A stretch of DNA of 64,000 nucleotides, from assembly GCA_964016885.1 (NCBI GenBank), contig OZ024740.1:58776001-58840000 (forward strand), in the 5' to 3' direction. Positions 54,373 through 64,000 of this stretch are shown in pieces. Every line of letters begins with the position of its first letter. Position 1 is the stretch's first letter. The notes under the pieces are model-generated. The model had not been told where the DNA came from. It made no database searches and was given only the letters and a program-made list of their open reading frames with translations. The DNA comes from Eledone cirrhosa (taxonomy: Eukaryota). The position numbers and the translations under genes were made by a program.

Positions 54373-54575
54373 GTATATATATATATATATCAAAAGATGA
54401 AATCGAAAATGTAACTGGAGTCTTATTTCGCAGTTCTTCTGCTTTTCAAAAATAGAGTTGAGATGGAGTGTCTGCGGTTTTTTCTCACATATATGTATCA
54501 GGATGATGATGATGATACATATATATATATATATATATGGAATGCACAAGAATCAAAGTTATGTTTAAAACATTT

Positions 54576-54627
54576 AATCGCTGACAATTGTTTCTTCCAA
54601 ACTTAGGCTTGGAGTCATCGGAGCATT
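54576..54627 (-). ncRNA. Hammerhead ribozyme (family E) with CCGAUGA core variant
   Basis: GCT-CCGATGA-CTCCAAGC(CTAA)GTTTGGAA-GAAA-CAATTG-TC-AGC. Palindromic stem III, GUC triplet. Confidence 0.65.
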
Positions 54628-55334
54628 ATTTATGTTTGTACATATAATTAACCTCTTATTCAACTGAAGAATCATACAGATACATATATATTGATGTTGT
54701 GGACAACAGTTTCATGTTTACAGTGTGGAATGGATGCGACATATATTATATTATACTATAATTGTACAATAATTCAAATTAAGATTAAAATCAAAATTAA
54801 ATTTTAAATTAAAATTAAAAGCATAGGGTGGAATACATGCAACAGATAATACAAGAGAATAGTCTAATAATTAAATTAAAGAGATAGTACATGCGTTAGT
54901 CATATATAAAGGAATGGAACAAGCAAATGTATCATGCATATATGAGTAATGTATGGCAAGGTATTACATGAAATACAAGCACTTTAAGCGAATATGTTAG
55001 TGTATTATGGTGGTTGCAATGCAAGGATATTTTCTGTATAGTTCAAATTTGTATGTGGGTAGAAAAAGAAAGTTACAGATTTCACATCCATTACATAAGT
55101 TACGATATATTTGTATTGAATGTTTGTTATAGTAATGGATTGTAATGTATTGTAACTTAGTGTTATTTAATCCATATTTATAGATTAGAAAACAGCTGAT
55201 GTTCTTACATTGAGCTAGTTATTTTACTGGTAATAAGGTACTAATAAATTACTGACCTTCCCTGTTTATACTTGTCTATAGTATAGTATATACATAACTA
55301 TGGATAGTATCTTGAATATTATATATATATATAT

Positions 55335-56930
55335 AATCGACCAGGTCATGAAGGTCACAGAAAAACTAATTAGAGAGCGAATTGATCTAGATGAAATGCA
55401 GTTTCGGTTTGTGTAAGGTAAAAGTACCACAGACGCTCTTTTCATTGTACGGCAACTACAGGAGAAGTACCTAGCTAAAAGTAAACCCCTATACTTAGCT
55501 TTTGTTGAATTGGAGAAAGCTTTTGACAGAGTCCCCCACCCCATTATCTGGTGGGCTCTTAGAAAACTAGGTGTTGATGAATGGCTTGTGAGAGCTATAC
55601 AAGTCATGTATAAAGAAACAGTCAGCAAGGTTAGAATTAACAACGAATATAGTGAAGAGTTTAGCGTAAATGTTGATGTTCATCAGGGATCTGTTCTTAG
55701 CCCCCTACTATTTATTATTGCCCTTCAGGCTATAACAGAGGAGTTCATGACCGGTTGCCCATGGAAACTCCTATACGCAGATTATCTAACGCTCATAGCT
55801 GAATCATGGCTGAACTAGAGAAGAAATCCCAAACATGGAAGCATGGCCTAGAATCAAAAGGCCTTAAAATTAACCTTTCTAAGACTAAAGTTCTAGTTTG
55901 TAGGAAGGAAAATAGGGCACCGGTCCCATCTGGGAAATGGCCATGCTCAGTGTGTAGGAAAGGAGTAGGCAGAAACTCCATTTTATGTCCCAAATGCAAA
56001 GTATGGGTGCATAAAAGATCTAGTGGGATCACAGGTAAGCTAACTAAGAATATAGATTTTATATGTGGCCGGTGCTCTGGTGCAATAAGTAGCAGCAAGT
56101 GCCCACAGAATACTAGCTCATTCCATTGCACAGATCGTTCTATAGAAATAGTGGACAGCTTCCGTTACCTGGGTGACAAAATCAGCAGTGGTGGAGGGTG
56201 CTCTGAAAGTACAGTAGCTAGAGTCAGAACTGGATGGAAAAAATTCAGAGAGCTTATACCACTATTGGCCGCTAAAGGGTTCTCTCTAAAAATGAAAGGC
56301 AGGCTGTATGATGCCTGCATACGAACAGCAATGTTACATGGCAATGAGACCTGGGCATTGTGTGCAGAGGATATACGCAGACTGGAGAGGAACGAATCTT
56401 GCATGCTCCGCTGGATGTGTAATAGTAATATACATGAATGGCAAAGCATAAACGAACTATAGGAGAAATTAGGAATATAAGGGATCAGATGTTGTTTACA
56501 CGAGAGAAGACTATGTTGGTACGGTCACGTGATGCGCATGAAAGATGACAGCTGTATAAAAAAGTGCAGGGTGATAAAAATAGACGATAGCCACAGAGTA
56601 GGCAGACGCAGAAAAACCTGGGACGACTTGATAAATTCCAACCTCACACACTTACACCTCTCCAAGACAATGTCACTGGACCGAGATCTTTGGCGCTACA
56701 CAGTAATACAGAAGACCCACCTTGCCTAAGTACAAAGCAGAACCTACAGTCAGTAGGCACATCTAACAAAAATACACCACCGTCCCACTACCCCCACCCC
56801 ATCCACACCACTCCTTTCAATGTAAAGTTATGTTGGTACCACAACATCCAGTCCGAAACAAATGAGGTCGTGTAGGTGTCATGACAAAAAAACACACAGT
56901 CCACGCTGTAATGTGGCCGTGTAGGTAACA
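55335..56930 (+). mobile_element. RTE LINE, 5'-truncated, frameshifted
   Basis: RT and C-terminal ORFs 55510-56729, nearly the same as the 49421-51327 copy in the opposite orientation. Confidence 0.95.
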
Positions 56931-57039
56931 CATAACACGATTTAACTCACTCGATATGCAAATTAGGCTGCTCAGCCATTAATATGCATAAGGAAAGTAT
57001 ATACTTTCAGACGTTCAATCATCTGGCAGGAAGGTATAC

Positions 57040-57078
57040 GTTGCTGACGATAGCTAATAAGCTTGAAACTAGTACAGA
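57040..57078 (+). ncRNA. Minimal hammerhead (family C), second copy within repeat 56940-57290
   Basis: TG-CTGACGA-TAGCTAATAAGCTT-GAAA-CTAG-TA-CA. Core identical to 21141-21181, stem I weak. Confidence 0.6.
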
Positions 57079-57307
57079 GTTCCGTTGTCAGTGTTGAACA
57101 AATGAGCAACGATGGTTGCTAGACACTGTATGGCTTAATTCGGGATGTTTGTTTACAAACACACCGAGCATTATAATAAATGTTCGGTGAATCCATACGT
57201 ACATATATATATCTGTGCATGTATGTATATATATATACATACTACTGTACGTCTGTATACATATATGTATGTATGTATACATACTTATATTTATATATAT
57301 ATATATA

Positions 57308-58571
57308 TATATTTAAAAGTTAAACAAGGTTCAATGAATACATCAAAGAATGAGATTTACAATAGATTGGAAGCACTCAACCGAAATGGTTTTCCAGAGT
57401 TATTAATATTAATTCAAAATATTAACAAAATAGATATTCTTGTGATCAATTATATTTTATTATACATATTTCAGAGGTACTGAGTTAAGTTCAACAGTAC
57501 GTCCTCATTAGATAAAATAAGATGATGCATGACATACCCTGACATAGTAGATGGTTAAGATCAGTCATGGTAGTGATTAACTTATGACAAAACTCAATAT
57601 TTATACCCTAATATTGAGAACATGAGATAACATAATACAAACAATAGAGAGGGTGCTTGTAATAGAGCTTAAGAAATACATGGCATCAATATAACAGTTA
57701 TAACATTTTTTTTTATATTTAAAAAAAACTACTGGAGAAAGAGGAGGGAAAGGAAAGCATAGAGGAAGAAACAGCTGATGTGATAATATATTTAGTAGGT
57801 GGCTTGAAAAAAACAGATGAAAGATGATTAAAGTGAGAGAGAGACAAAGTGGAGTAATTTATGTTCAAGCTTATATACACAGATTTCATATATGCAACAC
57901 ATGTCCAAATTAATATAGTTGGCGGTTAATTTTCAAAATATTTAATTTAAGTTATTTCAGAGTAATGAATAATATTTTAGGTTTTAAAAGTTAATAGGTA
58001 TTTGTATTAATATTATAATTATGTTTAATTTCTAAAATTCAAATTTTATGAAAACAAATTTAAAGGATTTACGAAACACGAGAAAGAAAATATATATATA
58101 ATGCTTTTATATCTTCACGAAGGTAATCTTTACCAAAATTATTATAATATTGACAACAATTTTTTTTTAAATATAAAAAATGTTATAACTGTTATATTGA
58201 TGCCATGTATTTTTTAAGCTCTATTACAAGCACCCTCTCTATTGTTTGTATTATGTTATCTCATGTTCTCAATATTAGGGTATATATATTGAGTTTTGTC
58301 ATAAGTTAATCACTACCATGACTGAATCTTAACCATCTACTATGTCAGGGTATGTCATGCATCATCTTATTTTATCTGATGAGGACGTACTGTTGTACTT
58401 AACTCAGTACCTCTGAAATATGTATAATAAAATATAATTGATCACAAGAATATCTATTTTGTTAATATTTTGAATTAATATTAATAACTCTGGAAAACCA
58501 ATACTGTTGAGTGCTTCCAATCTATTGTAAATCTCATTCTTTGATGTATTCATTGAACCTTGTTTAACTTT

Positions 58572-58577
<6 letters not shown>
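57308..58577. mobile_element. PLE-like fold-back element: about 420-bp inverted arms (57308-57728 / 58160-58577) with about 430-bp spacer, in (TA)n
   Basis: Arms are near-identical reverse complements and both carry a hammerhead motif. Confidence 0.85.
58370..58432 (+). ncRNA. Type I hammerhead ribozyme (family F)
   Basis: TTTTAT-CTGATGA-GGACGTACTG...CAGTACCTCT-GAAA-TATGTA-TA-ATAAAA. The mirror copy at 57455-57517 has CTAATGA. Confidence 0.8.
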
Positions 58578-58641
<64 letters not shown>

Positions 58642-59747
58642 TACATATATATATATACACATACATATATATATATATACATATATACACATACATATGT
58701 ATATCATTATTTAACATCTGCTTTCTATGTTATACACTCACATACATGTGGGTGTGGGTGTATATAAAACGATGATGATGATATACAACGGGTTTTGCAC
58801 TCACAAGACATTTGTGAACCTATGGTAGAAGATACTTGCTCAAGGTGCTGAACAATAGATTTAAACCTGAAACCTCATGGTTGAGTAGCAAACTTCTTAA
58901 CCATACATCTATGCCTACACCCTACTTTATCACCTAACCATGACTCTGTGTATGTGTGTCCTTGTTTAAATTTGTATTCTATTACCTACATATACCTGCC
59001 TTTCTTTTATATAAAATTTTCCCATCTATCAAAATAGGCTAATATTTCATAATATTCTCCTTTGTCAGATTTGAATTTAGATGATTATCTCCCCAATTTA
59101 TTATTCCCCATTGTATTGTTATATGCAGATCCATAAATGAGTATATGTTGGAACTGTAATATGTAAAGGGTAACAGAGGTGGGTGTGATGAAGATTTAAA
59201 TGTCATAAAAGGTAAAAGTTAGTGTAGTAATAATAATAACTGTGAGAATGGCGATCAAAATAATGATAATAATATTCTGCATATTCAAAGAAGAGATGTT
59301 ACGAGGGCATCGATGTGTAATATAGAGCAGATTATGAGCGCATTACCTTTTAAATTCATGTGAAAATCTATATCATACCATTGTGGAATATGATGGCATG
59401 AAAATTGATAAATTAGATCAATATTACATTGAAATACTTCAAGAAATTAGTATAAATTTTCACTATCTGATATCTGGAGCGAAGATAGACATAAAAACAT
59501 CAAATCTGATAATCTTGGTGAACTAGTAGCATGGTATATGATCATAGAGTTTCTATTTTCATAAACTGAATGCTTCTCATATAGTGAGGAAATAAACTTT
59601 TATATGTATGAAAATATCTCACCTCAATGGGACAAAAGAATTAAAACTATTTGTCAGTTAGGAGTGTCAGGGATCTTTAAGGCATGTTAATAGACATTTT
59701 TATATATTGTTTAAAGTGTTACAAATGTTACCTATATAATATATAGC

Positions 59748-60640
59748 CTTCTTCTTCTTCTTCTTCTTCTTCTTCTTCTTCTTCTTCTTCTTCTTCTTCT
59801 TCTTCTTCTCCTCCTCCTCCTCCTCCTCCTCCTCCTCCTCCTCCTCCTCCTCCTTCTCCTTCCTCCTCCTCATCCTCCTCCTTCTTGTCAGAAACAACCA
59901 TTTCCAAGTGATCTGGCTGGATCCCCAAATGAGACCAGCCAAGCTCATGGATGTTATCCAACCATCTTGCTCGAGTCTATCCCTGGGGCTCCTGCCGGTT
60001 AGTTTTGCCCATAAAATCTATCCAGTAATTCTTTCCTGAGACATTCTAAGCACATGCCCATAGATCCTAGAGTGACTCCCTGATCTCTGAGCTATGCACT
60101 CTATTGAGTAACATTACTCCAAAAACCCTTTGGAGGAATCCCATTTCGGATGCTTGTATTCGCAATCATATTCTTTCAATCATTACCCAAGATTCATGAC
60201 CATAGGTAAGGGTTGGCACAAATACTGAATTGAAGATAGTGAGTTTGGCTTTTACACCTACCTCCCTTCTTCTGATTCCCAAATGCTGAAGCTGGTGCAT
60301 TATTGCACCAGCTCCTGCAATTCTTGCACTTAATTCAGCCTCCTGCCTTCCATCACTTGTCATGATACCACTTCCATCACAGCTGCACATGTCAATCCTG
60401 TTCATGAAAATAATTGTTTCTACTTTTTGGCACAAGGCCAGCAATTACCCAGTACATTACTGGTACTTTTTTATTTTATCGACCCCGTAAGGATGAAAGG
60501 CAAAGTTAACCTCGACGGGATTTGAACTCAGACTGTAAAGGGACATAACTATGCTAGAAAGCATGACGTCCAATCCTCTACCGATACTGCCAATTCACCG
60601 GCCTTTCATGAAAATAATGAACAGGAAAAGTGATAGTATA
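59748..60640 (-). mobile_element. Second RTE family relic with (GAG)n(GAA)n tail, interrupted by a SINE
   Basis: LSLFLFIIFMNRID, ELSARIAGAG, VPTLTYGHESWV. Related 3' ends at about 27455-27610 (minus) and 62925-63058 (plus). Confidence 0.7.
60413..60604 (-). mobile_element. Meta-like SINE with 14-bp target-site duplication
   Basis: TTCATGAAAATAAT at 60401-60414 and 60605-60618. Removing the SINE restores the RT reading. Confidence 0.9.
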
Positions 60641-63349
60641 TAGCCAGTTTTCTAAAACAGTAAATCACATTTTCTTAAGATATGAACTATTAACCTACAT
60701 ACTTGAATGTATGTTAGTGTAGAAAATAAGTAATTTATATACCCACTGTCAAGATTTGTTTATCTTTTTAATAATAAATAATAATAAATAATAAATTTAT
60801 GAGTTTTGATAGTAATAAATAATGAATTTATGTGTTACAAAAAAACTACACCAGTTCTCATGATCCCTCCCCCTCTTCATCTACATATCATTAGAATGTT
60901 AACTTTTAAATGATGGTGTTGGATAGGTGGTGTTATTAAAGTCTTGAATAAAATGCTTTGCAGTATTTGTACTGACTCTTTATATTCTGAGTCAAAATGC
61001 TGCCAAGATCAACTTTGCTGTTATTCCTTTTGAGATTGAAAAAATAAAGTACTAGTAAAGTACTCACCAAAAATTGCTGACCTTATGCCAAAATTACAAT
61101 TTGTCCACAGCACAGCAATTTAGGTTGGACTTTATCTTTTCTATGAGACTTGAGATCCTGAGAACTAATTTTGCTACTTTATCTTCATTGCATTTCTTAT
61201 GCTACAGTCATTTCCCACTGCCAGCACATGCCTCTTGTTTCCACCTCCATCATCTTCAGTCATGTCTTTCTTGGCCTTCTCCATCGTATTCTTCCCTCTG
61301 TATTAATTTCCACCACTCATCTCACCCAGTCACATTCATGCTTCTTTACCACATGACCCAGCAATCACATTCTATTTCTTTTCACAAAATTCATCACTGA
61401 TTCTTTTCCTAATATGCCACTCATCCACAGAAACAGTTTCATTTCTATTCTTTCTAACCCACTCTTATGTCCTATGTTCACCACCCGTGTCTCTTATGCA
61501 TGCATACATCCGTCCAAACCCATGCAAGCGTGGAAGATGGACGTTAAATGATGATGATGATGATGATGATGACATCTTTCCCATCAGTTTCAATGACACC
61601 TCTTTCTTATCACTCAACTCAGTTCCCAGAACTTCTTTTATTCACATCTCACTCTAGCTATCATTGTCAAAGCCAATCCACCTTCTCAATTCAACATCTC
61701 ACCTAGGTAATAAGATGTTTTTTACCTTCCATCTTAATGCTACTCCTAATATCTAGTTCAACATCCCTTCTGATGCAGCTCCCCTCACCATGCACACTTT
61801 CGCTTAAATATAACTGCCATACATTCAATTCTTCTCTCACACAACCTCATTTTCAATGTACCCATCCATGGCATAACATCCTTCCTGCACATCACACATG
61901 ACAGGTGTGTGTGGATAGATAGGTAGGTTTGGTTGTACAAATAAGAGAAATAAAACTCAAATCAAGATATATATATTTATTAACCCATCTGACCCATGCT
62001 AGCGTGGAAAATGGTAGTTAAATTATGAGGATGATGAAGATGATCATGATCATGATCATGATTATATATATATACACATAAATATATATAATAATACAAG
62101 GAAGATTTGTTAAGCCTTCATTACATTTATTGTGCGTTTCGCTATTGATCAAGGTTCGATCCGTAATGATCGGGCCCAACTCTGGAATCAAAAGCTTGTC
62201 GGATATATATATCATCATCATCATCATCATCACCATTTTACATCCATTCTTCCACACTAGCATGGGTTAATATATATATATTATAGCCATGAAGCAACAT
62301 CAGTGACTGAGATCATCACTGCTCAAAAAAGGTAGCCATACATACTATAGAGGATGGGAAATAAGTTGTTTGGAGGAATAGAATGGGGGAGGTAAGAAGG
62401 ATGACAGGTATGATGTGATGGGTAAGTGAGGAGGAAGTGGGGATGACAAGTATGTCATGGGTGTATGACAGTTGTGGTAGAGTTTAAAGGGGCAGTGTAA
62501 GTTGACAGAGGGATGTGAGAGAGAAAAAGGCATGATCCTAAATAGGGGTGGAGTACAATGTAGATGAAAACAGTTACTAAAGCTATGGCTAATGTATGGG
62601 ATTTAAAAGGGGCTGGGAATGATACTGAACAGATTACAGAGTGGTGGATTATAGTCACATTATACACTGGTGGTGAGTTTTCTCCACTACTACAGATTGC
62701 CATTGTTTGCAGTGTTTTGTCATCTCTGTCACACACATGCACACATTATCATCTGTGAGAGATGATTGTGTGAGTGTGCGTGTGAAAGAAGGAGAGAAAG
62801 GGAGAAATAGAGCCAAATTGAGAGAGAAACTAAGAGTTGAAGAGAAAGAGAGTAAGAATGTTGGACATGAGAAAACATTGAATTTGAAATATTCTGAAAA
62901 ACCAAGCAAGATTATATAATATCTATGGGCTCAGTTTGTCTTGCTTGGGGATCTAGCTTGATCAATTGGAGACAGTTGCTCCTGATAGCACCTGCTAGGT
63001 GTGTTTGAAGACTCTGCCCTCACAACCCTCCCAGGAGAAAGGGAAGAAGAAAAAGAATTCTGAGATAGATCTTGATATCACTGTGTCAAATTTTGCCAGA
63101 ATTCATTGAGAAATACCATCATTGTTTCAAAACAAACCATCAAACTTTTGCTTTTTGCTCTAACACATTTTAAAGCTCATTTCATAATTAAAGCACAACC
63201 CAATTTGGGTCACAAACCAGAGATTGAAAGCTGAGGATCTAACAAATCTTAGTACCTCATTTCTCTTTATACTCTACAGATCATATAGATTGAATGTTTC
63301 ACTATTATCCAGCCTAACACATGCTATATAGCCTATTCTTTACAAGTCA

Positions 63350-63643
63350 TGAGAATTACTTTGTTGTCAACAAAAGCAATAGACCACGGGACATCCTCCA
63401 CTGCTTTGTACTTACTGGTCGCTCTCCGACAGGTTTGTGGTTGTACCCTTGGCAGTGGAGACTTCTGGTGTCCTCGGCCCTAGTGCTACCTCCCTACTCA
63501 CCACCATAGGCACTGAGCTGGCCAGCCGCAGGTGTGAGCCTCGCAAGCTGGAATGGCTTTTCCAGTGCGTCTCCCTTGCCGTCCTCCAGGGAAACACCTT
63601 CTCCATTCTGTCCACCTATGGAGAGGCCACCAATATGATTTAA
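63350..63643 (+). pseudogene. 3' end of a CRE-clade retrotransposon ORF
   Basis: VVPLAVETSGVLGPSA...WLFQCVSLAVLQGN is typical of the CRE restriction-like endonuclease C-terminus. Confidence 0.7.
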
Positions 63644-64000
63644 CTGACTTGTCATTTTATCAGTCAGATATTTTTAGATATCACCCAGTTAAATATGATT
63701 CATTCTAACTGACCAAGATTGTTTATTATCTGGTTATCAATATCAGAAACTAACCGTAACTCTACTAGACTACATCATTTAGTTCATTGAGCCAATGAGG
63801 GATTGTCTATGTTGTCTCTTGGATGGATAGAAACAGCAGCCAAATATCCTTCAAATCACACACAACCATGTTTAAAACAAGGTAAGATACATAGATTAAA
63901 TAATGAATTCTACTATATGCACAAGGCCAGCAATTTGAAGGTGAAGAGGAAAGTCGATTAAATCGACCTCAGTGCATTACTGGTGCTTTATTTTATCGAC

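Overview
AT-rich, microsatellite-laden eukaryotic non-genic DNA made almost entirely of transposable elements and their relics. It is probably an octopus or other cephalopod genome, inferred from the tRNA-headed CORE/Meta-type SINEs, RTE LINEs with (TGA)n tails and abundant (TA)n tracts. No host protein-coding exon could be supported. DNA transposons: one full-length mariner with an uninterrupted DD34D transposase ORF, a DD37D (maT) element, a Chapaev3-like relic, a hAT/Buster relic, piggyBac- and pogo-type MITEs and a Helitron-like element. Retroelements: several RTE LINE copies, CRE-clade and Gypsy relics, many SINEs, and a 48-bp tandem array grown out of the RTE 3' tail. The most striking signal is a set of Penelope-like (PLE) insertions, mostly in (TA)n tracts, that form fold-back palindromes. 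One is 3.4 kb long and carries a GIY-YIG endonuclease end. Together they hold 12 type I hammerhead ribozyme motifs (CUGANGA...GAAA, palindromic stem III) from about six unrelated sequence families. All calls were made by eye. Boundaries of degraded relics are approximate and family names are not database-verified.
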